This document shows positions 13,621-29,875 of a stretch of DNA of 64,000 nt, one piece after another (position 1 is the first letter of the stretch; each line of letters opens with the position of its first letter). The DNA comes from Octopus vulgaris (Eukaryota): the NCBI GenBank assembly GCA_951406725.2, contig OX597825.1, forward strand, positions 41,106,001-41,170,000, read 5' to 3'. The position numbers and the translations under genes were made by a program. Below the pieces are notes generated by a model. That model was given only the letters and a program-made list of their open reading frames with translations, made no database searches and was not told where the DNA came from.

Positions 13621-14943
13621 AGTGAGTATGCATTGCTTATTAGCTAGCTAGATATAGACATGGATGCATGTATATATATGTATGTATGTCTTTTTTGCAT
13701 ATATGTATAGATAATACTGGTTTCTGCATTTTTGCATGTATATATGTGAATGCATTTATACAGTGTGAATGTGTAAAAATAGCATATTGTATTTATTTTA
13801 CAAAATGTAATTTTACTTAATGAAAAATTTCTCCGACAGCCAAAAGCATATAATTCTTTATTATTATTAAATACTGTGTTTCTTCTATAGCTGTACTAAA
13901 ATTCATTTTGTCTAGTATTATCAATTAAGTTGCAATTAATAACATTAGATTAAGTTACAATTCTATTTTGACAAGATGCACACACTGCTATCTCTCATTA
14001 TCTAAGAACATCTGATAAAGATAACTTTTCTCTGAAACAGATACTGGGCAGTGTTATTGAAAGAGTCATCTGGAATATATTATTTGCAAACCCTGTTCCA
14101 TATTATCTCAATGTATACAAAATTTGACAGAATCATTTTAGATTTGAAAAGAATAGCTTGGTAGCTACCTGATCTATATCTCCTGTAATTTAACCAATCA
14201 ATTTCAGTTTTCAGTGCTTGCATTGTGCCAGGTTATTTGAAACATATATAAGCTAAATAAATTGTAAATAATATATATTCTTTCTTTATATTTTTCTTAT
14301 TTATACATGTATCTATCTATATACATACATGTGCACACACACATGCACATATGCATACACATGCACACATGCATGCACATGCGCACACACATGCATTCAT
14401 GCACACGCACACACAGACACACATACATAATGAGTTTCCTTTAATTTCCATGAACCAAAACCACTCACAACGTCAGAGCTATTGTAGAAGACATCTTCCC
14501 AAGATTCCATACAGTGGAACTAAACTCAAGACCATGTAGGTGGGAAACAGATTTCTTAATGCAATGAGAAGAATTGATAAAATTATCTTCCAAGTCAACT
14601 GGAATGCAAATAAAGCAACTCAAGGATGACTGGTAAAATATTCAAAAACAGATTTCATAAAAACTTTGCTCCTGAAGCTGTAAATAATACAAAAGAAAAT
14701 AGTATTGATGTCTAAATTTTGTACTAATTGACAATGTTCTATTGTGTCCTTTCTGTTTAGAATATCCAAATGGTAAATTTCTATTTTTACCATTCTATAC
14801 TACACTGCTTATTCACTCTTTTGATGAAAGCTAATTTATAGTTTTAGCATGTTCCAATGAAAAATATTGGATAATATAGAAGAAAGTTAGTTTACTGTTT
14901 GAGAGTTATGGAAAATATTTAGTATGCTTAATTGAGCACTATT

Positions 14944-15320
14944 GTGGAAGCACTCCGTCGGTTACGACGGTGAGGGTTCCGGTTGATCCGAATCAATGGA
15001 ACAGCCTGCTCGTGAAATTAATGTGTAAGTGGCTGAGCACTCCACAGACACGTGTACCCTTAACGTAGTTCTCGGGGATATTCAGCGTGACACAGAGAGT
15101 GAGAAGGCCGGCCCTTTGAAATACAGGTACAACAGAAACAGGAAGTAAGAGTGAGAGAAAGTTGTGGTGAAAGAGTACAGCAGGGATCACCACCATCCCC
15201 TGCCGGAGCCTCGTGGAGCTTTAGGTGTTTTCACTCAATAAACACTCACAACGCCCGGTCTGGGAATCGAAACCGCGATCCTATGACCGCGAGTCCGCTG
15301 CCCTAACCACTGGGCCATTT
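14944..15320 (-). mobile_element. tRNA-derived SINE with the same head as 8063-8378 but a different 3' body
   Basis: Minus strand AATGGCCCAGTGGTTAGGGCAGCGGACTCGCGG...GGTTTCGATTCC (A and B boxes). Confidence 0.85.
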
Positions 15321-16789
15321 GCGACATTAGAAAAACCATCTAAAATGTATGTTGGAATACCATTAGTTGTAAATGTTAGTGATGAAACAAAAAATATCTA
15401 AAAATAGATAGTTAATTTCAGGGGGATGTGAAGGATTGGATGTTTAAGGTGTGGAAAATTTAACACTTTAACATTTAAATGGGCCACATCTTGTCAGAAT
15501 ATTTTACTTGTTTTGTGTTCAACCAGCTAGATCTGGCCTCTGACACCTAGCTTACGATGTCAAGCTAAGAATAAACAATTACATCATCAAAATTCGGCAG
15601 TGGCTACAAGATAATGCACGATTACTTCAAAACAATGGGAATAAATAAGCATTACATTTGAGAGAATAACCTGAATGCTGAAGAATTAAGGAATTCTTTG
15701 TAAAAGATTTAATTGATATGATTACCCAAATTCCAAAAGAAGAAAACAAGTCTATTGGGGATAAAAGAGATCTCTGACTGCTGCGAGAATTTCAATAGAA
15801 ATCTAGAAATTCATTTCATTAAAAATGATCTTAATATAGAACACAGTTTAGAATTTCAAAGGTACGGCAAAAGTATTTACTCTGATCTGAGAATAATTAC
15901 ACAGCATCAAATTACAGATTTCCTGAGACAGCTGGCTATATTTAACATTGAAGAGACTAAAAATAGTGGCTTTTTAATTAGTTTTGATAAATTAATTAAA
16001 AGAAATAAAAAAAGATCTTTTTCAGTATCTTCAAATGAAAACAACAATCCAGTCTATAAGTTGAACACAGCATGCAAAGACCGTAAATAAAATCTGGTTT
16101 CAATCACTGGTCTCTAATCATTCTGGCTTACTACTTCCTTATTTATTTCACTTGGTACTGTTATATCAACTCTCTTTGTTGAAGTGCTAATTTGCAGAAG
16201 TTAAAGCAAATCTATGCAAACAACAATGGTTCTTATACCAGTATAACCATAAACCTGCACATAAACTCATTTTCAATGATTTTATCTTTAATCCTCATTT
16301 CCTTGAGAAATTGCTTAAGTTTCATGTTTTCTTTTAATTTATTTTATTAAAACTTTATTTCTCTCCATTTATATGATCTTGATTTGCAAAGTGCCTTGTT
16401 CAACCAATTTTCTCTATAAATGTGTGTGGAGAGAGAGAAAGAGAGAGAGAGATAGAGAGAGAGAGAGAAAGACTTTGTGTGTAGGGAGTGTGTGTGTGTC
16501 TATGATCATCATCATTTATTGTCCACTTCCCATGCTGGCATGGGTCAGATGGTTTAATAGGAGCTGGCAAGCCAGAGAGCTGCATTGGGCTTCAGTTGTC
16601 TGTTCAGGTATCCTTTCCACAGCTGAATGCCTTTCCTAAAACCAACCACTTACAAAGTGTAATGAGCGCTTTTTATGTGGCATTAGTATGGAAACGTGAT
16701 ATCAGTACGGAAGCTTTATACATGGCACCACAATATCCATACAGAAAGACAGAGAGATCTGTGTATCTGCTTATGTACATGTGTATGTA

Positions 16790-17345
16790 CATGGTGGCTG
16801 CCCCTCGTTATCAAGTATGGCCATTGCACAAAGCTTAATCAATGTTGTTATCGTGCAATGCCTGTGCAAGAAGATATTTTTTAAAGTGAGGAAAGGCTGT
16901 GCACTGAGTCAATCCCACTCACTAAACAACAGCAGCCATAATCCGAAAAGAAGAACAAGTCAACATCATCGGTAACCACTGAGCCGCAGGTTTTATGTCG
17001 GAGTTATCCCAGTTACCTGAGTTACTTTCTCCTAGAAGGATGCCCTGACAAAGGCTAGGAGTCCATCACTCCAAATGGTTTAACCGCGCGATGGGGTATT
17101 CAGTCCGATTATTTCTATGTCCCTGCGCATGATACAGCCTTAAGACATTTACTGGATGGCCGTTGACTCTCAAGAGTTCCACCGCCCTTTGACGGGTTTT
17201 GTTTTTCATCCCGCAGGGTGTCCAAGAAATACCCTCCTCACCAAGCAAGCTTGGTGGGGTTGCCAGTTTAGTCACCAACGACCCGACCATGCAACAGGTT
17301 GTACTGGGTTACATGTTACAAGTAGCACTCGAAAGTGACCTGACT
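16790..17345 (-). mobile_element. RTE-type 5' leader fragment beginning with an HDV-like ribozyme relic; diverged homolog at ~63560-64000
   Basis: GC-richer island bounded by microsatellites. Collinear similarity to 63.6-64 kb (GCAATGCCTGTGC, TGGATGGCCRTTGACTCT). The RTE assignment rests on recalled resemblance to RTE/BovB-like leaders. Confidence 0.55.
17263..17345 (-). ncRNA. HDV-like self-cleaving ribozyme relic
   Basis: P1 AGTCAG..ATGGTC; J1/2 hairpin CACT-TTCG-AGTG; P2 CCAGT/ACTGG; P3-L3 ACA-ACCTGT-TGC; GG for P1.1; P4 TCG-TTGG-TGA; J4/2 C-TAA. Confidence 0.5.
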
Positions 17346-17352
17346 GACATAC

Positions 17353-17398
<46 letters not shown>

Positions 17399-17515
17399 TT
17401 TGGTCTTTTTTAAAAACCATTATAGAAATTATTTACCCTTATTATTATATATATATATATCATCATCATCATCATCATCATCGTTTAAACGGATGCTAAA
17501 CGATTATGATGATGA

Positions 17516-17552
<37 letters not shown>

Positions 17553-18014
17553 GTAAGTACAATCCAAGCATCCAGGTGTAGGAAGTTAGTAAGCTTCAAG
17601 CATGTATGCAGCTAGTACAGATGACGAAAAATGGACAATATGCAATATAATGAGTTTACTAACACTGTAAGTTACACACTTTGTCCCATATTGAAATCAC
17701 AGGAATTTCCGATAAGCTGACAGTCACCATTCAACTTGCAGTTTTGTAACTCAATATCCTATAAATGCAAATTAAAAATGTAAGTGAAAGGAATGGAATA
17801 GGTTAAAATATTGATAATTTCATAGCTACGATAATGCTAGCTACATAAGTTTTAACATACATAGAACCTGCTTAGCTAATCATCATGTCCTATTACCTAC
17901 AGGTTGTTTACATTGAGATGAACACAAAAACAGTACATTACAAGTTATGTAGCAAACGATTATTGTCCATGTTTTCACTTGGTCCATTCCATACATTCTT
18001 GGATTATTGTCATT

Positions 18015-18049
<35 letters not shown>

Positions 18050-18844
18050 TATCATCAGCATCAGCATCATCATCATCAGTTAACGTCTGTGTCAATTTTG
18101 GCATGGGTTGGATGTTTTGACCAGGACTTGTTAGCTGAGGGGCTGCACCAGACTCCAGCCTGATTTAGCATGGTTTCTATGGATTGATTCCCTTCCTAAT
18201 GCCAACCACTCTGAAAGTGTAATGGATGTTTTTACATGCCACCGGCAATGATGCCAGTTGTGTGACATCAGTATCTGACTTGGCTTGACAAGTCTTCTCA
18301 AGCAGAGCATATTGTCAAAGGTTATGGTCATTTGGCATTGCCTCCTTTAGGTCCAATACTCAAAAGGTGTGTTTTACATGCCACTGGCATTGGCCACATA
18401 TATATATATATATATATATGTATATGTTTATGTGTTTGTCCCTCCACCATTGCTTGACAACTAATGTTGATGTGTTTACATCCCCGTAATTTAGCAGTTT
18501 GACAAAAGAGGCTGATAGAATAAGTACTAGGCTTACAAATTATAAGTCCTGCGGTCGATTCGTTCAACTAAAGGCAGTGCTCCCTCATGACTGCAGTCAA
18601 ATGACTGAAACGAATAAAAGAATAAAAGAATATGTAAATATAAGATCCAAGGATTGGGGTGTAGCAAGAAAGCTAGTTTCAAGCTATCTGTAGTAAATTT
18701 AAAAAACAACTTTCAGAGACAATAGTGGTTTATTGAGATGGAAGGTTGTGGATGTTTTGTTAACAAATATGAATAACTGTAAAAAAGTTCTTTTTACATA
18801 TCATGGTGGGCAACCAGGTTTGCAGGGCATGCAAATAAGAATAC

Positions 18845-19172
18845 AAGAGTTATGGAACAGAGACAATAAGATTCAGACTACATATGTTTCATAACAAGTG
18901 GAACCTCAGAAGTGGTAAATATCCAAGCAAGTTGTATACCACAGGTTACTCGTCAAGCCAAGGGTATCTTGAATGAATGAAAGTTTTCATTGCCCTAAGG
19001 AGGTACTTGTTAACACAGGCCGCCTTGCAACAATGTAAACTTTCATTCAGTCAAGATGCCCTTGGCCTGATAAGTAGCCTGTGAGCTCACTTGGATATTT
19101 ACCACTTCCAAGGTTCTGCTTGCTATGAAAAATATGTAGCTTGGACCTTATCTTCTCCATTCCTTAACTCTT
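18845..19172. mobile_element. ~330-bp palindromic fold-back (MITE-like) element
   Basis: Arms pair along their whole length (GAAGTGGTAAATATCCAAG / CTTGGATATTTACCACTTC; GCCAAGGGTATCTTGA / TCAAGATGCCCTTGGC), centred near GTTAAC at ~19010. Confidence 0.85.
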
Positions 19173-19425
19173 AGATGTGTGCATGTGCATGTGTGTAATA
19201 TATATGTCGAAATGTTCAGTGGTGGTGGCGGTGTCTTTGTCTCGTAGTCAAGGATTTATTTTCTTCTTTGCTGAATGCTTCCTTTATGTTGATGCTGTTG
19301 ATGACTCTGTAGACCAATTCTTGCATAGAAGAGTTGATAGCATTGACTGAATGGTAATGTTGGTGGAGGATAAGGTTGATTGCATCAAACCTTTCTCTTC
19401 TATGTTAATACTATATGTGTGTGTG

Positions 19426-19456
<31 letters not shown>

Positions 19457-19483
19457 GTTTGTGTATATATATATGTGTGTATG

Positions 19484-19523
<40 letters not shown>

Positions 19524-21295
19524 GGAGGATTGGTAGAAAACCAGCAGGATGAAGTCAAGTTTCCTAAAATGAAGGATGAACCCACATATTTAGAAGAAGC
19601 AGAAGAATATAGAAAATTCAAGTTAGAGTCTACTGCACAGTAAGATCAGTGAATTTTGGCATTCTATAGTGGCTTTTAAAGCATATCACCAGAAGAAGGC
19701 ATTACTTTGTACATTTGTGATATGTGAACACTAGTGTGAACTCAGCAGCCTTGTAAGTTGACCAGAGTAAGAAATGAATATCTTTAAGTATAAACCCTCA
19801 CTACTGCAAGGAGGGAAGGACTAAAGAAGTCAACAGAGGCAGTAAGTCTGGTGGAAAAGAACCTAGAGCCATTGATACTATAAATCCCTAAGAGAGCATA
19901 AAGAACAATGAATGGATAAAGAACAATAGCTGTGTTATATGAAATTTCCAAATCTCAGCTATGTGGAAGAGAAGAGAATGTTCATTTATTTAATGTGTGT
20001 GTGTACAGGGTGCAGTGAATATATTGTCATCTAAATTACGCAAAAATGAAAATAATATGGACATTTCATTTTAATAGACATATTTACCAAAATTACATAA
20101 ATATATCTTGAAATATTAAAGAGTAAATTTATTCAATAAAAGTCGATCTTACGGTATCAAATAAAGATTGCAGGCAATGTTAATAAATGCCTTTTAGAGG
20201 CTGTAGCTTCCAGATATGTAGGGATTTGTTGGGAAAATTTTTCCAAGGGGTGGAGAGAGGGGTTTTGGAAAATTTACATGACTTTTTTTTTCTCCTCCAA
20301 TTTATTCACAACAAATTCTGATATAGTCATAAGTTCCACCATCTGAGAGGTACTTGCAGAAAATTTAATTAGAAAATACTCAGTTTTCAGCAAGTTGTGA
20401 AGAAACAAAGCCAACAGACAAATTTTCCAAACCTTTTCTCTGCTGCCCACTCAAAATAAGAAATTTCCCAACAAATTCCTTTATCGCCATAATCTATTCG
20501 ATTGGAAGTTTATTTGTATGAAATTTCATTAAATGATACCCATTTTCCTAAAAGTTATGCGGGGAAAAAATTCAACCAAAGATGTATAGAGCTATGTCCC
20601 TCTCAAATCCAGTTGGGCACTAACAGAAAAAAATAGAAAAAATTGATACAAACAACAACAATGTAATTTTTGGAACTTCTTTCCCCACCCCCTTAGAAAT
20701 ATTGTTTGCAGCAAATCTCTATATACTCAGAATGTACAGCATCTGAAAGGTATTCGTTGGAAATGTTATTAAAATGTATCCATTTTACTGAAAGTCATGG
20801 GGAAAAAGAGTCAGGCAGGGCACACTTTTGTAGGAATGCCCATACTCTTATAAAAGACAATTGGTGTCTGTCTGTTTGTCTGTAACAGCATCCCCATAAC
20901 TTTGTGGTTCAGCAATAGAGTATTATGCTTAAGTACTATGCTTAAAAAATAAGTCCTGGGTCGATTTGTTTGATTTAAATCCATTTAAGTACTCCAGCAT
21001 GGCCATAGTCAAATGACTGAAACAAGTAAAAGAATAGAAGAATATAGCTGTTTTTATTTTTGCTTCTGCACACACATGCTTAAACAAAATAATAAATATA
21101 TAAATATAAAAATATACATACATATATATATATATATATTTGTATATATATATTTAAAATTTATAAGTTTAAATTATTTTAATAATTTTTTAATTTTTAA
21201 CTTTTATACTTTTAAATTAATTTTATGTATTGGCTTATGTTTTTCACTGTTTGATTTGCTTAACAGTGGTTTTATCTCTAATTTAATATAATATA

Positions 21296-21380
<85 letters not shown>

Positions 21381-22689
21381 TTATTTCCTTATCAAATATT
21401 CTGTTACTAATATTCACTAAGAAAATCAATCTAAATATTATTTGCACAATTTTTGAAGGTATGTGCTTGATTTAGAAACATTTTTATCTGGCAATGTAGC
21501 AAAGGCTTTGAACTAGTATTATATTAAAATACAAATATATATTTCTTTTTTGCTAGATTAAAGTTGTTTTATCAAATTACCACTTTTGTTCTTTTGTTCT
21601 CAAAAATTTCTTGCACCCTGTGTAGGTTTATTACTTATTTTCAGTACATCAGTTGTCATGTCCAGGGTAACACGAATAAGAGGGTGAACAGAAGAGTGTA
21701 TTATGATGAAGTATGTAGTAACGTTGGGAGAAAGTGGGATTATGGTGGAATGACTGATGCAATAAGGTTGGAAATGAGAGAAACATTGAAGAGACATTGA
21801 TAAAAGGATAGATGCGAAAAAGTAATGTCAAACTATAATAGTTGTTGGAAATGTGACAGGCAGAGTAATACTAGTAACATGTTTGGAGATAAGAGGGAGA
21901 GAGATTGTAGAATAGAATAGTTGTAGCAATGAACGACTGTAAGAGAGAAAATAATGTTAGTCAATAACAACTTACCAGCAACCAATTTTACATCTATGTA
22001 TTACATGCGTATGTGTGAGAGAGCTTATTTCTTTGCCTTCTCTCATCTGTTAGCTGTGAACATGGTATCTATATCAAAATTGTTCACTAATAAGACTCAA
22101 ACCATGCATCAATATATTGCTGAATCACTTTATTATTAATTTGTATAATATATTACTTCTGTTGTGCAGTTTCCCATTTTAAATATATATTGCATTTTCA
22201 TTCTTTTTTATTCTCTCTGTGTCTACTGAATTTTAGTTGCTAGGCAAGGTACAATTGAATAATAGTGTCTCTTCTGCAAGTGCCAGATATCAGACATCCC
22301 ACAACGATTGGATAAATATCACCTTCTATTTATTTACATCGTATTTATTATGGTATAATGAGTGGTATTGCTCAGCATATCAGAATATTGTGAAGATAAG
22401 TACTCAACAGCAATTACTTGAATATATGAAACATATATGATAAATGTGGTCTCTAATGATGCCTTGTCTGCATGATATTCAGATTTCTAACTGTGAATAT
22501 GTGTGTTGTTTGTACCATTAGACACAAAGAAAGAATGAGAAAAATATACCATCATGTACATATTACGATGAATTTGGAGTGGTTAATTATTGCATCTTAT
22601 GCACTTAAACTTTCTACATATAGTCTGTAATTAGCTCCTTTGGATTATTACTTATTCCAATCTATGACTCAATTCCAGCGCTCATGCTG

Positions 22690-22887
22690 CACCATCAACT
22701 AAGAAGGAGTTCTTTGCCTTGAAGGACAATAACTGATATCAGTGTGGGATCAAATACCTGGTGGAAAGGCGGCTTCAGACATTGCAACATGATGACCTCT
22801 CTTTTGAATGCTGAGCAGCTTTTGTTGTAACTTGAATAAAGCAAGTAAGTTACCAAATTATAGCAAAACTTTTGACATAACACAATA
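22690..22887 (+). mobile_element. Mariner 3' fragment (transposase C-terminus plus TIR)
   Basis: KEFFALKDNN*YQCGIKYLVERRLQTLQHDDLSFEC*, followed by AACTTTTGACATAACACAATA. Confidence 0.7.
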
Positions 22888-23449
22888 TTTATATCTCTTA
22901 ATCCTCTAGAATCTTGCAAGTACTGGGACATCTAATAATTCTGAAACATTACTAGTGTCATCACTGTCCAATTCAATAAGTTGATTCATTTGTCCTTCTG
23001 GAACAGAATTACTCATAAAAGCTAACCATGTCTTTCTCTTCAGTGTGGGTAACAATTTTAAGTAAACATTTGTGGCTCACTGAATTAAGTATGTTAACTC
23101 CCACTTAACTAAATATTTTTCCTGTACAATGCACTCCTGGCTAATTTGTTTCCGTCATTCCTTCTAATATAATAATCAACATCAAATAAAGAATAAAACT
23201 TTCATTGAAAAGCCAGCTGTAGTAATTAGAGAACAATAAAACATAATCAGTAAAACAAAATGAATTGGTTGAAGTTAAACAATAAAAGAAGAAAAAGGAA
23301 AATGAGGTTATTTGGAAGATGAGATATTTACAGGAAATTGTAAGTGGGATTCCAGTATAGCCTAAATCATAATGTCTGAAGTCAAATATGTACTATGATC
23401 CTGTATATCTAAGTACGTAAATGGTAACATAAACTACATCTCTGTCTTC

Positions 23450-23492
<43 letters not shown>

Positions 23493-26309
23493 TATTCTCT
23501 GAAGGAAGTTCAAAGACAATCATACGTAAAACATAAATTTATAAATATGTATAATATGCATAATATGTATACATATATTTGTATATGTGTATATTTGTTT
23601 TGTTATAATTATTTGAAATCTTCCTACTCGGATTAGCAGGTTTTTAACAAAGAAATAAAACTCCGTCCCAAGAGTTTCAATAATCACACGAGTTGCATAA
23701 TTCAATGTTCCACTTATAGATTTAATTTATAATCTTGTGTTAGGTGGTCACTTTCTTAGCCTGATATTTCTAGCCTTTCCTGATTTTCACTTGAACATTT
23801 ACTAACATAACCAAGTGTACTAATTATTATCATTATAAATGTGAATTTAAAATCAGAGTTTTGAAGCTGCAGGCTTTGAAGTATTTATCTATAAATATTC
23901 TATTTCTTGCTGAGGTTGGAAAAATATTCAGGGAAACTGACCTTTATGACTGTGCATGGTTTTTATTTCCTTTACCAAATACTCATATCAAGCATGTACT
24001 TGGAAGAAATTTTGATGAGAATGTTTCACAATATTCCTTCTGTTGATATATATGAATGTATGTATTCAATAACAGGGGCATTGTCTATAATATAGCCCAA
24101 GGCAACCTTTACAATGGATACCATTTTAAACAGGTTTAACAATTACATCATGCTACATTACAAGATAATCTTTTGATAACATTTGTGGTACGTCTGCTGA
24201 TCATATGTATAATTCCATAATCGTCATTTATTTTAGGGTTTTAAGAGCATCATTGTCTCATTTGTTCAATTGATAATTTACAACTGTCTCTAGTTCTTGG
24301 ATTGCAAAAGCATAACCTTCAAAATGTGATGTGATGCATTAGTCATAAGTCGCCGGGAGGCAATACTTCATGTTAACAGTATCATCCTCCCTTAGTTTGT
24401 TGGAATCATTACCTTTCTGTGTTATGCAGTGTCTGACTTCTATATATTTATTGATGTATTGTAGCCCATCATCATCATCAATATTTAATGTCTGTTTTTC
24501 ATGCTGGCATCGGTTGGAAGGTTTGACAGGGGCTACACCAGGTCCCATAATCTGTTTTGGCTTGGTTTTTCAGCTGGATGCCCTTCCAGATGTCAACCAC
24601 TTTATAGAGTGAACTGGGTATTTTTACATGGCATCATTATCATTAAGTCCTTTTTAGATGTCATCAGTAATTCAGAATTCACATGAAATGTCATAAAAAT
24701 GAGTACTTCTTAGAGAGTTCCCAACCTAACAGCAAGAGTTTATTAACTTCAGCTTTGAGCAATTGACTGATGTGTTGTTTTTGCTGCTGTTGTTCAGCAG
24801 ATACTAATTGAGTGCTTCATATGACACTAAAAGGCTCCTCACTTATCCAAAGCCCCTTTCTCACACTTACTTTCTTTGAGATAAAGTTTGCCAATATTAC
24901 TGCTTCTGTGGAAGTTTGCAGATGATGTGGGTTTTAGTGTCTTTGGGGTAGATTTCTTCTATAGACCAATTAAATTTCTCAAATGATTTTGTCAGTACTG
25001 TTACTGCAAATATCTTGTGATATGAAGGAAAATGTGACTTCCTTAGTTTTTGAGTCTGATATGATATTCTGACATGAATTACTTTCCTCACAGTACCTTG
25101 ATATTTGCAACTCGTTTTGTTTGAAACAGGGAAAATAGAGAGACAATTATGATATGAAGTCTTGGGTTTGGGAAATAGATTTCCATGATTAAATGTCAAT
25201 TATAGACATTGCTTGAAATTTCATTCCTTTAACAGCAGTGAATTTTATTACTATAACCTGCTGTAAGCCAGCAATGCAATTATTTCTGGAATACATCCAC
25301 AAAAAAATCATGGGTAATAACAAATTTTATTACTGTTGTAGATCCTAACAATTAACTAGTGAAATTTCCCTACAAGAAGAGTGGATTTATAGATAAAGGC
25401 ATGGCTGTGTTGTAAGAAGTTTACCCCCGCCCACCCGACCCAACCCAACCACATGCTTCCAGGTTCAGTCCCATTGCATGGCACCTTGTGAGTGGGTTTA
25501 GTAGTCAGAAACTGAAAGAAGCTCGTCATATGTATGTACATACGTGTGTATGTGGCTCTAATGTCTGTGTTTGTCCCTCACCACCATTTGGCAACTGATG
25601 CTTGTGTCTTTGTAACTTAATAATTTGGCCTAATGACTGAAAAAAGTAAAAGATGAAAGATTACTACCAAAATAAACAGAAGCACAGATTAGCTACATAT
25701 GCAAAAAATTGGAGAATAGTTCTTTGTGAGATTTTCAATGGCAGCAACTAATGCAATTGGTACTTTTGTCAACTGCAAAAACGCTGCAGGGTCTTCAGCA
25801 ACCATGAGTGGAGGATAAAATAGAATAGAATGCATTCCTGTAATCAAGCTATACTACCACAAGGCTTGTTTCCTTACTTCATACAGTTCAGCTTTAGATT
25901 AAAATTTGCTCAGAGCATTCCGACAGTCTCTACTTTCTAACTGCTGGATCCTCATCATCATTGTTTAACATCTGCTTTTCATGCTGGCATGGATTGGACA
26001 GTTTCATCGAGAACTGGCAAAACGGGAGGCTGCACCAGGCACCAATCTGATCTGGCAAGGTTTCTACAGTTGGATGCCTTTCCTAACACCAACTATCCCA
26101 AGAGTGTAGTGGGAGCATTAGTGTAGATGAGCATTACATTGTAAAGTGCACTTCATAGAAAGTTGTGTTGTATGCCATATATTAGCAAAGCAGGAGTAAA
26201 CTTGTTCATATATCCCATCTATCATAACTAGTGATTTAATGTGTCACACTGTGGTTATGAGCATTATTCTGTGTATTCCCATTTTCAGACTGTGATACGG
26301 TTAGGTGTA

Positions 26310-26695
26310 TCTTTTATCTTATACTTGTTTCAGTCATTTGACAGTGGCCATGTCAGGCTGCAACTTTGAGGAATTTTAATTGAACAAACTACCCACAAGA
26401 CATATTTTTTTCATTCCTAGTACTTATTATTCTACACTCTCTGTTGCTGAACCACTAAGTTATAGGGGTGTAAACACACCAACACCAGTTATTAAGTGGT
26501 AGTAGGGGACAAAGACACATGCACATATATACGACAGGCTTCTTTCCGCTTCTGTCAACTAAATCCACTCACAAGGCTTTGGTTGGCCTGAAACTATAGT
26601 AGAAGACACTTGCCCAAGTTGCCACACAGTAGAACTGAACTTGGAACCATGTGGTTGGGAAGCAAGTTTCTTACCTTACTGCAACACCTACATCT
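26310..26695 (-). mobile_element. Abundant tRNA-headed SINE with internal microsatellite. Other copies: ~8935, 14425, 18420, 20885, 25375, 36330, 44885, 50480, 51040, 55618, 61105
   Basis: Shared CCAAATCCACTCACAAGGCTTTGG, AGTACTTATTCTA and GTGGCCATGCTGGAGCAC blocks. Confidence 0.85.
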
Positions 26696-26879
26696 ATGTT
26701 TAGTATTAATAACAAATTTACTTTGCATACAACATATACTGTGATAATAAGGGTATCAGCATCAGTCTAGTAAAGCTTTGCTTTCTTACGATCTCTTGCA
26801 TACATTCTTTTGTGACTGGCATGTGGTGCAATATGCCCCAGATTATGTTATGCAGAAGGGATCAGAGAGTATGGGTCTG

Positions 26880-29875
<2,996 letters not shown>

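Noticed and set aside
15755-16090. 111-aa ORF in unique DNA
   Set aside because: TTG start, no recognisable motif and no convincing splice sites; cannot be supported.
17885-18163. Poly-His / poly-Asp ORFs
   Set aside because: They derive from the (CAT)n tail of an RTE 3' end.
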